Position numbers and translations under genes: made by a program
The notes under the pieces: generated by a model
Told to the model about the DNA's origin: nothing
What the model saw: only the letters and a program-made list of their open reading frames with translations
The model's database searches: none
Part shown: piece after piece, positions 1 to 11,103 of the stretch
Position numbering within the stretch: position 1 is the first letter of the stretch
How the letters are laid out: the number at the start of each line of letters is the position of its first letter
Source: Octopus sinensis
Lineage: Eukaryota
Direction: 5' to 3'
DNA: 25,583 bases
Assembly: GCF_006345805.1 (NCBI RefSeq)
Contig: NW_021836039.1
Location: 1-25,583 of the forward strand

Positions 1-30
1 GAAAGCGGACGCAAAACGATGATGATGATT
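1..30 (+). mobile_element. 3' tail of RTEX-type LINE running in from outside the window
   Basis: gaaagcggacgcaaaacgatgatgatg matches the 3' end of the element at 8140-8180 (ggaaaacggacgttaaacgatgat) and the inverted copy at 7047-7075. Confidence 0.7.
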
Positions 31-169
31 ATGAATTTTAAATGAGTTAAAATTAACAAAAGACACTGGAACGCCATCCTTCCCCACCGCCATTAATACA
101 AAGATAATGAAGAACATAATCCAACCAACATCTATTTCACAAAGACACAAATATTAAAGTAACATATTC

Positions 170-1280
170 TTGAAAAAAACTTTCTTTTTTGTTTTTCTTT
201 TTTGGTTTTTCAGAATTTCATTCTCGTTGCTTTCTTTGAAATGTACAGTCCAGTTTTCCTTATTCTTGTTCCAAACAATTCCGTCAATTTCTCGACTCTC
301 TCTCTCTCCAACAGTACTGCTGCTCTTTCCTCGCTACCAAACACCTCTTCATCCAGTCTTACTCTTATTAAATTCTTCACCTTTGCACTCTTTTCCTCAA
401 TTCACACAATCTTATCGCAAATTATCATCATTCAGTCGGCTGCTTTCTTTGCCTCACATATTCCATTCTCCTCCTTACTTCCCCTTTCCACTCCTCATAT
501 TTCTCCTCTTTATCTATTTCTTCTCTCCTTCTTGTTGTTGGCTCTGGGGTTCGATTTTCACTCGTCTCTTTTCTCTACTAATTTTTTCTCTTGTACTTTT
601 ACCGCTTTTTTCTTCTTTTTCAGTTTTGGGCGGTGACTCCGCACTTGTTCTTTTTCTGCCCCCTATTTCCTCCTCCTTTTCCTCCACCACTGTTACTTCC
701 TCCACCTCTGCTTAGTTCTCCGTTCTTTCCTCGTCTCTGGGGACACCTTGCCTTCATGTGTCCTCTTGTACCGCAATTATAACATATTGGAGGCTTCCCC
801 TCCACCACAATTCTCAGCCGGGTGTCATCGGGGAGCACCAACTCCTCGGCTATCTTGTGCAAGTCAAGCAGGGTTATATGGACCAAGATTTCCAGTCTAA
901 ATCCCCATCAGTTTATCTCAGCCAATTTTGCCACCTTGATAATCTTGGTCTCCCTCACAGTTTGTACAGGATAGCTTCCAACAGCCATTCCTCCTCTATT
1001 TTGGGTGGCACTCTCCCTATCTGTACTCTTGCCACTCTTTTACTACATTAGGTTAGCAAACGTGCCCACCTGGCTGATCTCAACAGCATCGTGGAGTACT
1101 TTTTCGTTTCCTCCTCCTCATTCACGAAGTGAACCTCCACCGTGCCGTACTTCCTTCCACGAGTAAAAACGTCGTTACTCACTCACTTCACTCTCTCAGG
1201 CATTCCTCTGCTACTTCCACTCTTTTTGTTTCTACATCCAGCATTCTGTATATTATTATTTTCCTCTCTGCTCTTTCCAT
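170..1280 (-). mobile_element. Decayed gag/ORF1-like coding region with CCHC zinc knuckle (Tx1/L1-like ORF1 or gag)
   Basis: Minus-strand frames join across frameshifts/stops: MERAERKIIIYRMLDVETKRVEV...FTRGRKYGTVEVHF...RVARVQIGRVPPKIEEEWL...LRIVVEGKPPICYNCGTRGHMKARC (CX2CX4HX4C), then a K/E-rich tail to about 170. Confidence 0.7.
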
Positions 1281-2194
1281 CGCTTTCTTCCTCCCGGGGG
1301 TATCAGCCTAAGGCAGTCTCCCTCTTTTTTAAATAATCCTTGTACTTTCCGAAATCCTTCTGCTCCAACACCAATTCTTTTCAATCGCAGAATGTCAGCT
1401 GGCAGGCTTTGCCCGCCACTGCGGTGTAACTGCCTATTTGTTGTTCCTCCATTTCACCCAAAAATGGGAAGAGAAAGAAACAACATTAACAACAATTTAA
1501 CAAATCTCAAAAATATAACAGTATCCAAAGTACAACAATGCACAACTCGCATCGACAATGCTATTCAAATTTTCTAACACCCACAAAAGAAAAACAACAT
1601 TATTTCATTACTTAAACATGCAATTGGTTGTCGTTAATAGAAATTCAAACGCGCCGGTTTCAAATTCCCGTAAGCCTATACAATTTTATTACAACCATTT
1701 TTATTTCTATACACCTTTCAAAGAGTAGATGAAACCTATGGTTGCAGAAAGGGATCACCTCAGCAAATTTAAAGTTTGGGGCCAAAAACTTAAGGATGGA
1801 AGGGATTCCTTAACACATAGCTTATACTATTTATATTTACTCTGAAGTGGGTCCCTCAAAATAACAGACCATTCCAAAGAATATCTTTTCTCATTACTCT
1901 TTAAACCATGTATATAAGAGGCAATTCATGTGGGCCCTATGCCTACTGTACTGCCTTTATAAAATCTATCTAAATTACCCTCCTCTTTAGCAGCGCATGA
2001 CTAATCTAAAAGTTAAACCAGCAGACTAGTTCAAATTTTCTGACACCCAGCCACCAAAAAACGAATATTTTATTGCTAATCATGCAGGTGGTCGTTGTTA
2101 ATAGAAATCCAAACCGTATTAACATACACATATACACATATATTTGTATATACATATATATATACACATACACACACACCTATATTTGTATATA

Positions 2195-2237
2195 GCCGAG
2201 CCGAGCCGAGGCGAGCCGAGCCGAGTCGAGCCGAGCC
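2195..2237 (+). repeat. (GCCGA)n pentanucleotide microsatellite
   Basis: About 8 near-perfect gccga units. Confidence 0.9.
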
Positions 2238-2289
2238 CTGGCCGCCATAGCGCTCATTGTGGCGTCGTAGCCTTGGACAGTGAGTCCAA

Positions 2290-2415
2290 TGGCTCCCAGA
2301 GCGAGGTCTTTGCAAGCAGAGTTTAGTGTCCAATGAAGGAAAGGTACGCATAAGTAGGCTGGTTACACCCGCTGGCATAGGCCATGAGGTTATGGTCTCA
2401 CTTGGCTTGTAACCA
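2290..2415 (-). mobile_element. Probable LINE (RTEX-like) 3' UTR fragment
   Basis: Minus strand caagccaagtgagaccataacctcatggcctatgccagc...cattggacactaaactctgcttgcaaagacct resembles an interspersed post-ORF segment recalled from octopus RTEX copies; not verified by alignment. Confidence 0.35.
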
Positions 2416-2963
2416 TATAAAGCCCTCAATGACTCAACAGAGCTCAGAACACGTCCTCCTCCGCCACGTCACCTTCAACACCATGGAGTTATCTAAACTA
2501 ATACAGAACTCTGAATAATTAGTCATGGTTCTAACAACGGAATGCTCACACCGAACCTGATCATGTCAAGACTACATCACTCACTTCTGACATTCCTTTT
2601 ATTTTTTAACTGGTTCCAATCAGACTGTGGCCACACTGGAGCACTGATTTCAGAGTTTTATTTGATTTTATTCAGACTTGTACTTCTGTACTTTTCACTG
2701 GTGGTGTTGGTGATGGCAGTGGCGGAAGTTTGACCAAAACCCCTCAGATACCAAAAGATAAGTCATTAAAAGACAAACAAATAAAAAAAAACAGTAAAGA
2801 ACAATAAAAGTTGAAAAGCTTTCTTCTTTCTTTCGAAATGGTTTCTCATTCGATGGTTGATGCGATGAAAGGAGACTGAATGAATTTTGTTAACTTTTAG
2901 TCATGGTTTGGGCCAAAGTTTATTAATTTGCATCACTTAATGCTAATTAATTATTAGAAGCCA

Positions 2964-3123
2964 TGAGTGCAGGTGTGGCTTTGTGGTTGGGAAGTTGGCT
3001 TCCCACTCATATGATCCTGGGTTCAGTCCCACTGTGTGGCACCTTGGGCAAGTGTCTTCTACTACATCCCCAGACCAAGCACAGCCTTGGGAGTGGATTT
3101 GGTAGACAGAAACTGAAAGAAGG
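2964..3123 (+). mobile_element. tRNA-derived SINE family A, 5' half
   Basis: A/B-box-like head (gtggctttgtggttgg...gggttcagtccc), then ggcaccttgggcaagtgtcttctacta...gtggatttggtagacagaaactgaaagaag; homologous to heads at 18610-18768 and 25210-25377. Confidence 0.85.
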
Positions 3124-3226
3124 TGGCGTGCTGGCAGAAACGTTAGCACGCCGGGCGAAATGCTTAGCGGTATTTCATCTGCCGCTACGTTCTGTGTTCA
3201 AATTCCACCGTGGTCGCCATTGCCTG
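3121..3226 (+). mobile_element. tRNA-derived SINE family B, truncated 5' part
   Basis: gctggcagaaacgttagcacgccgggcgaaatgcttagcggtatttc...gttcaaattcc, homologous to 8843-8940. Confidence 0.85.
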
Positions 3227-3279
3227 AAGGCAAAACTGCACCAGGAATGGGTTTCAATTCCTATATATATACCTTTTAT

Positions 3280-3470
3280 CTTTTACTTTAGTCATTTCAC
3301 TGCGGCTATGCTGGGGCATATGGAATATGAGAGAGAGAGAGAGATAAGAAGGGTTTTAGTCGAACAATTGTTTTTAAGGTCTGGGACTTATTCTATTGGT
3401 CTCCTTTGCACCAAACCTCAAAGTTATGGGGAATGAAAACACACCAACACTGGTTGTCAACTGGCGGTAA
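3280..3470 (-). mobile_element. SINE family A, diverged 3' half
   Basis: tagtcatttcactgcggctatgctgg...acttattctattggtctc...acaccaacactggttgtcaa matches 18370-18530 and 24990-25150. Confidence 0.75.
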
Positions 3471-3798
3471 GAGACTTGCTTTACCAAAAGGTGAGGGCGC
3501 CTCACTCCCAGTTGTCTTTCAGCACGCCGGACACCATCCGGAATTTCTGCGTACCCGTGCTAACATTTATTGATGGCCGTTGACTCTCAAGAGGTCCTCC
3601 GCCCTTTGACGGGTTTTGTTTTTCATCCCGCAGGGTGTCCAATAAACACCCTCCTCACAAAGCAAGCTTGTATTGGGTTACATGTTACCAATAGCACTCG
3701 AAAGGGACCTGACTGCTACGGACATATGAACTAACTGTTCATGATATATATCGAAAAATCACTAGTCATACGAAAAAATCAAAAATGAATTCACTTAC

Positions 3799-3871
3799 CT
3801 TCGAGTCCAAAAATAACTTTCAAAGAGATTTCTTCCAGAAACTGAAGATTTAAAACAACTGAAAAAGTCAT
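3799..3871 (-). CDS. Candidate coding exon of a neighbouring minus-strand gene (MTFSVVLNLQFLEEISLKVIFGLE)
   Basis: Open frame from ATG (3871) to a consensus donor GAAG|GTAAGT in non-repetitive, CpG-retaining sequence; no domain recognised; an internal acceptor at about 3860 is an alternative. Confidence 0.3.
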
Positions 3872-4050
3872 CGTTTTTTCCACTGTTTTTCATTTAAAGA
3901 TGGCTTTCGTTAATCATCCTAAAGACAATGCCTAAGCCCATTCTACGGCAAAAAAAACAAACTTAACTAAATATTCTTAACTTTTGTACTTTTTGGTCAG
4001 AAACATTTTGGAGGTAAAGTAAACAATCATCAAGATATCGACCTCTATTG

Positions 4051-4153
4051 ATGTTTGGGAACTGGTCTGCCATTTCCGAAAGTATATATATTCAGACCAA
4101 ATCAGCTACTTGTGCTGAAGCAGATCTTCCCATCGTGACATCAAAACCATTAG
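4051..4153 (+). CDS. Candidate first coding exon of a plus-strand gene (MFGNWSAISESIYIQTKSATCAEADLPIVTSKPL)
   Basis: ATG at 4051, 34 open codons, donor TAG|GTGAGT (phase 1); no domain recognised. Confidence 0.3.
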
Positions 4154-4168
4154 GTGAGTCTTTATAGG

Positions 4169-4170
<2 letters not shown>

Positions 4171-4213
<43 letters not shown>

Positions 4214-4810
4214 TATATATAAAAGTTGAGTTGTGGGGTATCGCACGAGTGGGATTATATAAGAAAAAAAGGTTTGAAAATGTGTGTGTATATATATATT
4301 ATATGTATCCGTACGTGTATGTGTATGCATTGTATGTATGTGTATTGTGTGTATATGTGGTACATCTATGTATGTGTATGTAAACACTATTTATATGTAT
4401 ATATGTATATATGTATATGCATTGTCTTATTATATGTATGTATTGCGTATGTATATTGCATGCATATATTGTGTATGTATATTACTTACATGCTGTATGT
4501 GTGTATTGTAGTGTGTATATATATGCTAGGTGTATTTGTGTGATATTTATATTATGTATGTATGGGTGCGTGTGTTGTGTGTGTGTGTGTGTGGGTGGTG
4601 TGTGTGTTGTGTGTGTGTGTGTTATATATGTGTATGTTATATATAGATACATGTTATATTTGTGTGCTGTGTGTTTATGTAATATATGTGAGTGCGTTGG
4701 TGTGGGTTGTGTGTGTTCTGTGGTGTGTGTGTTGTGTGTATTTTGTATGTGGTGTGGTTGTATACTATGTGTGTGTGTGTGTGTGTGTATGTGTATATAT
4801 ATGTGTGTGA
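4171..4810. repeat. Compound (CA)/(TA)/(TG)/(TATG) low-complexity tract
   Basis: Direct inspection; source of many spurious C/V/Y/M-rich ORFs. Confidence 0.95.
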
Positions 4811-4944
4811 CAAACAGACGCTATCTGACCAGCAGGCACGGACACATCTATTCACACCCGCATACTAACCTCCTGATAACCCCAAATCATTCATGCATAA
4901 AGGGGAAGTATACACCACATTGGCTACTTCTCCTTTTCTCTCAG

Positions 4945-4970
4945 TTCAGCCTTTCTGCTAATACCGACAG
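4945..4970 (+). other. Candidate micro-exon (26 nt, or 21 nt from acceptor at 4949)
   Basis: Strong acceptor ttctccttttctctcag, donor CAG|GTCAGT, TACTAAC at 4863-4869. Confidence 0.35.
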
Positions 4971-5235
4971 GTCAGTAAAAAATATTCTCCGCCTTGAACT
5001 TAAAATATTCTGAGATGTATAAAAAATCAATTTAATTTTTGCTGTCAAAAGGCTGTATATATATATACCAAAGTTTGTATATATATACATGTAATGTGAC
5101 AATTTGCGACAACCAATAATTAACGCAACCAATTCCCAATAATATATTTGTTTTATCCTTTTCTGCCAAATTTTCCCAAATATTCTCATCACACTATTGA
5201 ACTTCTCTGTTACCAAACACTATATTTATACATGT

Positions 5236-5377
5236 AATGTGACAATTATGTATAAAAAAACATTTTTGAATTCATAATATCCAATGTGACAATTATGTAA
5301 AAAACTTTTTTGAATGCATAATATTCAATGTGACAATTATGTAAAAAACTTTTTTTGAACCCATATTATTCAATGTT
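5236..5377. repeat. 44-47 bp minisatellite, 3 units plus partial
   Basis: aatgtgacaattatg starts at 5236, 5283, 5327; partial at 5372; lone catgtaatgtgacaatt near 5088. Confidence 0.9.
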
Positions 5378-5492
5378 TCCTTAAACGTAACTTTTGACAA
5401 TCTTTTACCAAAGAGTGAAACTGGTTAAGTAAATAAACATCGTTTAAATTGCATTTTCAAACCATTTTTTCTTATATATAAATGTATATATA

Positions 5493-5540
<48 letters not shown>

Positions 5541-5908
5541 AGGGGGCGATTCCAGGTCATCAGCGTCACACGGGCTCATCACAGTCTTCGTATAAGACAC
5601 ATTTCTACTCGAAGAATTTCACGTTTTCGCGCTTTATTTCTAGCCCCAAATGGCTTATTTTTTTTACATCTAACACTATGTCTTTCTCCGTTTCTAAGTT
5701 AAAGATTAAAATAAAGCAACCCTGCAAAACACAACTGATCTTTGCGCACAGATGCACAGAGTAAGAGCAATGAAATTACGACAGGGGAGTGCACAAGCAA
5801 ACATCATCGATCTGACTGTCGCTTGTAATCTTGACAAGAGATGCCAGTTTGTCTTTTACACCTACCAGGCTCGTTCCTATAGCCCGAGTTGCTGGATAAT
5901 ATTTTCGT

Positions 5909-6290
5909 TCCGGATCTTTTCTGTTTGAACGGCAGTTTTTTAAAGTAATTTCCACGTAACTAAACACTTTTAAACTTCGTATACTGGTAGAATGTGTTTA
6001 TAAAACATCTTTTTCTCTTGGCTTTATTGAGAAAATTCTATAGTATGTAAGATATTTGTTGTTTTTTTCTACAATTTCTGCAATTTCAACCAATCAATGA
6101 CGTCTATTGAGGTAAAAAAAAACATTCTGTGCCGTATGAATATGTCCCTCGTTTAAGATTGGGTTTATTTACATTTCTGAAGAAAAAAAGATACCCTTCC
6201 CTAACCCTAACTAACCCTAAAACAGATTGAAATGCAATATATCGATACTAGGGTCATAACTATGGGTGACAATTTCATATAACGTTCCTT
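5909..6290. mobile_element. Probable non-autonomous DNA element, one end truncated
   Basis: Begins ggatcttttctgtttgaacggcagtttttt and has an internal ccctaaccctaa motif; resembles an abundant octopus repeat from memory; no second TIR seen. Confidence 0.4.
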
Positions 6291-6373
6291 TAAGAATATT
6301 ACAGAACGGAAAGTTTCATGGATTTGAATTTAAATATTAATCTCTCAAAAAATTTATAGTTTCAAGAAAATAT

Positions 6374-6673
6374 TGTATTTGAATTAATTTTAATTTTTAC
6401 GATTATTGATAACAACTCGGGCTGTAACTTCTGAGCCCGAGTCAGGCGCGTGTGAACGATGTCGAGAGAACGTCTACTACGATGATATTTTCTGACACAG
6501 ACGGTGAACGAAAATAAACCAACAGCGACCAGGCTCAATAAAAGGAGCCCAGTTATTGGCTGCAATTACATACTTGAAGTCAGTGTTGGCAGAAATCAGC
6601 TTATAAATACACGTCTACCTTATTAAATTTATATTCGGGCTAAGCTCGAATGGGCCGAGTGCCGGAGTCGCCA
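6374..6673 (-). mobile_element. Possible solo LTR (300 bp)
   Basis: TG...CA termini; on minus strand TATA-like tatttataag, ATTAAA near the end; internal 9-bp hairpin 6415-6442; flanks aatat/tatat as imperfect TSD. Confidence 0.35.
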
Positions 6674-6681
6674 TATATATT

Positions 6682-6738
<57 letters not shown>

Positions 6739-6925
6739 ATCAATACAAGCAACAAGGATATCCAAAGGTAGTGTAGTACAATCGTTTCATGCTACTTCAT
6801 TTAATTAATCAATGTAAGTATTACATCAGTTTCAAAATGTAGAGCACTCTTCAGCCACATATGGACCTTTTTAATTAAATTGACAATATTCATTTTTATA
6901 CTTATTCCATTTAGACAGAGAGATA

Positions 6926-6956
<31 letters not shown>

Positions 6957-7046
6957 ATATATATATAATGGCGGTGCCCCAGCAGAATGGTGGTGCCCCA
7001 CCATGGTCACAGCTCGTGAGATGAAACTAGATAAAATAAAAATAAA

Positions 7047-7396
7047 ATCATCATCATTGTTTAATGTCCATTCTCCATGCTAGCATGGGTTGGACGGTTC
7101 GACCGGGGATCTGGGAAGCCAGAAGGCTGCACCAGGCTCCAGTCTTATCTGGCAATGTTTCTACAGCTGGATGCCCTTCCTAACGCCAACCACTCCGAGA
7201 GTGTAGTGGGTGCTTTTTACGTGCCACCTGCACAGGTGCCAGGCGAGGCTTGCAACGGCCACGGTCGGATTGGTGCATTTTACGTGCCACCGGCACGGAA
7301 GCCAGTCGAGGCGGCGCTGGCATCGGCCACGAGTCGGATAGTGCTTTTTACGTACCACCAGACCAGGGGTCCTGGCTGGTTCAATTCGATTTCGAT
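7047..7396 (-). mobile_element. RTEX-type LINE 3' UTR with (ATG)n tail
   Basis: Reverse complement of 7850-8180, including ggttggcgttaggaagggcatccagctgtaga. Confidence 0.85.
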
Positions 7397-7413
7397 TAAA
7401 ATAATATATATAT

Positions 7414-8176
7414 ATGAGAGAAATGCTGGACATAACAAGCATCGGATGGGGCATGCAAGAAAGAAGTTTGCGCTGGTATAGTCATGTACTCCGGATGGAT
7501 GAGGAGAGATGTGCGAAGAAGTGCCACTCCCAAACAGTTGAAGGTATCCGGGGTAGAGGTAGACCCAGGAAGACATGGAATAAGGTGATCAAGCTTGATC
7601 TTCGAGCGTTGGGCCTCACAGAGGCAATGACGAAAGACCGAGACCTCTGGAGATATGCTGTGACAGCGAAGACCCGACAAATAACGTGAGGCTGTTTCCT
7701 GCACCAGCTTCACATAACAGCCCCAACCCATCGAAAATACCTTGGATCTCAGGACGGCCTACTGTGCTTACCTTGGATCGTAGGGTGACCTGCTTTGCTT
7801 GAGGAGACCTACTGAGTCAAGTACATCAACATCGAAATAAAAATCAAATGGAAATTGTAGTTGTGATACCCGTGCCAGTGGCACATACAAAACACCATCT
7901 CAACGAGGCTGATGCCACCGCCGTCTTGACTGGCTTCCGTGCTGGGGGCACATAAAAAGCAACAACCGATTGTGGCCGTTGCCAGCCTCCTGGGGTACCT
8001 GTGCTGGTGGCACGTATGAAGCGCCCTCTAAACTCACAGAGTGGTTGGCGTTAGGAAGGGCATCCAGCTGTAGAGACACTGCAAGATCAGACTGGAGCCT
8101 GGTGCTGCCTCCTGGCTTCCCAGACCACGGTCGAACCGTCCAACCCATGCTAGCTTGGAAAACGGACGTTAAACGA

Positions 8177-8180
<4 letters not shown>
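7414..8180 (+). mobile_element. 5'-truncated RTE/RTEX LINE: ORF C-terminus plus 3' UTR
   Basis: ORF 7414-7689 LRWYSHVLRMDEERCAKKC...RGRGRPRKTW...DRDLWR is the conserved RTE C-terminus; UTR ends aaacgatgat. Confidence 0.9.
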
Positions 8181-8229
<49 letters not shown>

Positions 8230-8410
8230 CACACATTTCTGTATGTATGTATGTACGCATGTATGTATGTATGTATGTATGTATGTATGTATGTATGTAT
8301 GTATGTGTGTATATTTGTATGTATGTATATATGTATTATGTAAGTATTATGTATGTATGTATGTATGTATGTACGTATGTATGTATGTGTGTGTGTGTGT
8401 GTGCGTGCGT
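8180..8410. repeat. (TA)n/(TATG)n/(TG)n microsatellites
   Basis: Direct inspection. Confidence 0.95.
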
Positions 8411-8429
8411 GTATTGTGGCTTTGTGTGT

Positions 8430-8600
8430 GTGTCCGTCGTTTACGTTTATCTCCATGTGACTTAGCGGTTCGCTATAAAAGGCCAATAAAATCTACCAGA
8501 CAAAAATGAGAAATAACTGGTGTCAATTTCTTAGATTAAAATTCTTCAATGCGGTGCCCCAGCGTGGCCGCAGTCTAATAACTGAAAAAAGTGAAAATAT
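8430..8600 (+). mobile_element. SINE family A, diverged 3' half
   Basis: gtttacgt...gacttagcggttcg...gcggtgccccagcgtggccgcagtctaataactgaaa. Confidence 0.7.
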
Positions 8601-8842
8601 CTACAAAAGTCCTCGGTAATACTTTAAACTAAGGGACATAACTCTTGTACCTCCCACTGTGGCTTTATCTGCTAGAAATAGCAGCCAAAATGATTTTAAA
8701 CCAGATAACATTGCTGTGTCTTCAACACCCAAATGAAGAGCAGAGTTTCAATCCTGGGATCATCCTGATTCCAAAAGGGTAGAATATGTCTATGCAGACT
8801 GAGGGACAGGGGTCACAGGCACAAGGGAATTTCGCTTTTATT

Positions 8843-10065
8843 AAGGTGGCGAGCTGGCAGAAACGTTAGCATGCCGGGCGAAATGCTTAGCAGTATTTCG
8901 TCTGCCCTTACGTTCTGTGTTCAAATTCCGCCGAGGTCGACTTAGCCTTTCATTCTTTCGGGGTCCATTAAATAAGTACCAGTTACGCACTGGGGTCGAT
9001 ATAATCGATTTAATCCGTTTGTCTGTCCTTGTTTGTCCTCTCTGTGTTTAGCCCCTTGTGGGTAGTAAAGAAATGGGTATTTCCTCTGCCGTTACGTTCT
9101 GAGTTCAAATTCCGCCGAGGTCGACTTTGCTTTTCATTCTTTCGGGGTCCATTAAATAAGTACCAGTTACGCACTGGGGTCGATATAGACGACTTAATCC
9201 GTTTGTCTGTCCTTGTTTGTCCTCTCTGTGTTTAGCCCCTTGTGGGTAGTAAAGAAATAGGTATTTCATCTGCCGTTACGTTCTGAGTTCAAATTCCGCC
9301 GAGGTCGACTTTGCCTTTCATTCTTTCGGGGTCCATTAAATAAGTACCAGTTACGCACTGGGGTCGATACAGACGACTTAATCCGTTTGTCTGTCCTTGT
9401 TTGTCCTCCCTGTGTTTAGCCCCTTGTGGGTAGTAAAGAAATAGGTATTTCGTCTGCCGTTACGTTCTGAGTTCAAATTCCGCCGAGGTCGACTTTGCCT
9501 TTCATCCTTTCGGGGTCCATTAAATAAGTACCAGTTACGCACTGGGGTCGATATAGTCGACTTAATCCGTTTGTCTGTCCTTGTTTGTCCCGTCTGTGTT
9601 TATCCCCTTATGGGTAGTAAAGAAATAGGTATTTCGTCTGCCGTTACGTTCTGAGTTCAAATTCCGCCGAGGTCGACTTTGCCTTTCATTCTTTCGGGGT
9701 CCATTAAATAAGTACCAGTTACGCACTGGGGTCGATACAGACGACTTAATCCGTTTGTCTGTCCTTGTTTGTCCTCTCTGTGTTTAGCCCCTTGTGGGTA
9801 GTAAAGAAATAGGTATTTCGTCTGCCGTTACGTTCTGAGTTCAAATTCCGCCGAGGTCGACTTTGCCTTTCATCCTTTCGGGGTCCATTAAATAAGTACC
9901 AGTTACGCACTGGGGTCGATATAGTCGACTTAATCCGTTTGTCTGTCCTTGTTTGTCCCGTCTGTGTTTATCCCCTTATGGGTAGTAAAGAAATAGGTAT
10001 TTCGTCTGCCGTTACGTTCTGAGTTCAACAATTCCGCCGAGGTCGACTTTGCCTTTCATCTCTTC
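8843..10065 (+). repeat. SINE family B whose body is expanded into a 184-bp tandem array (6 full units plus partial)
   Basis: Single SINE head 8843-8892; tcaaattccg (last copy tcaacaattccg) recurs at 8921, 9105, 9289, 9473, 9657, 9841, 10025. Confidence 0.95.
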
Positions 10066-10139
10066 GGATGTTATAATATAACACACTAACCGGTAAAATT
10101 CCCACTTTTTTGTTATTTTTATTGTACTTGCAACCTATA

Positions 10140-10140
<1 letters not shown>
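10066..10140 (+). mobile_element. Helitron-associated 3' terminal segment (partial)
   Basis: aacacactaaccggtaaaattcccactttttt...ttgcaacctat matches the reverse complement of 11484-11570, which lies downstream of the Helitron helicase. Confidence 0.65.
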
Positions 10141-10195
<55 letters not shown>

Positions 10196-10196
10196 T

Positions 10197-10236
<40 letters not shown>

Positions 10237-10327
10237 ATTTATGTATATATATATTATTTATGTATATATATATATATACATACTTATGTATACATATATA
10301 TATATAGATACTTATGTATACATATAT

Positions 10328-10364
<37 letters not shown>

Positions 10365-10378
10365 TGTATATATATCAT

Positions 10379-10557
10379 CATCAACAGAATCTCCAAGGCA
10401 AGCAGCGCGTTTGGGAGACTGCGAAAGAAAGTCTGGGAGCGGAGAGGAATCAGCCTCAACACCAAGTTGAAAGTCTACCGGGCAGTCGTGCTTACCACCC
10501 TACTATACGTCTGCGAGACGTGGACTGCTTACCGAAGGCACGAGCGCCAGATAAACC

Positions 10558-10560
<3 letters not shown>
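10379..10560 (+). mobile_element. RTE (BovB-like) LINE ORF fragment between (TA)n tracts
   Basis: [49 protein letters not shown], conserved post-RT region of RTE elements. Confidence 0.9.
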
Positions 10561-10589
<29 letters not shown>

Positions 10590-10745
10590 TGGCAGGGCTG
10601 GCCTGCTAGGTAGCCGGCCAGAATGCTAGAAGAAGGTCATCAACGATCAAACTACAAGGGAAATTCTCTAGAGGAAGAATTCAGCGAGCACTAGAACCAA
10701 CTTTGGCGGGCAGGACATATGAAAAATTAAATAAATAACAGACTT

Positions 10746-10823
10746 AAATGCATACCTCGGTTTCGGTCTTAACAAAAGAATTACTTGCATAATTCAAGTG
10801 TCCGTGACTTCATCAGTACATTC
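10746..10823 (-). ncRNA. Type I hammerhead ribozyme motif (left arm)
   Basis: Exact reverse complement of 11104-11181. Confidence 0.65.
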
Positions 10824-11103
10824 GGTCCTTGAGATGCAAACCGCAAGACTAACCCCAGCTCTCTGTGTCAAGACAGACACGTGCTTAGTCTTACTGATTA
10901 CATCGGGAATAAAATTTCAAATGTCTTGGTTCTGGCGCGCTGAGAGACTCCTGAAGCGAAGGGCTGCAGTGAATAATTCACTGCGGGTAGTGCTTACAAC
11001 TAGGGAAGGTATTTATTTAAATATTTAAAAATTGAGGGAGATAAATTAATATTAATTTTAATATCAATTTAAAACCAGTAGTCCAGCATTCAAAAAATGG
11101 ACC

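Noticed and set aside
170-715. 181-aa and 144-aa plus-strand ORFs rich in F/L/S
   Set aside because: Antisense shadow of the purine-rich minus-strand gag/ORF1-like region
1626-2116. Direct repeat gtcgtt(gtt)aatagaaat(t/c)caaac at about 1626 and 2090
   Set aside because: About 25 bp with no further structure or TSD; probably fragments of an interspersed repeat
2964-3040. tRNA genes at SINE heads (also 8843, 18700, 19215, 25310)
   Set aside because: A/B boxes run straight into SINE bodies; no complete cloverleaf
4106-5013. Many C/V/Y/M/H/T-rich ORFs here and at 7900-8509, 10145-10470, 21571-22504
   Set aside because: Translations of (TA)n, (TG)n and (TATG)n microsatellites
6199-6220. Telomere-like ccctaaccctaa
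   Set aside because: Only about 3 imperfect units, internal to an interspersed repeat
6810-6860. Minus-strand CTGAAGA...GAAA...GTA hammerhead-like motif
   Set aside because: Stems I and II do not pair; at most a decayed Penelope-like remnant
8921-10065. CRISPR-like array
   Set aside because: Units are near-identical over the whole 184 bp with no unique spacers, are SINE-derived, and the context is eukaryotic
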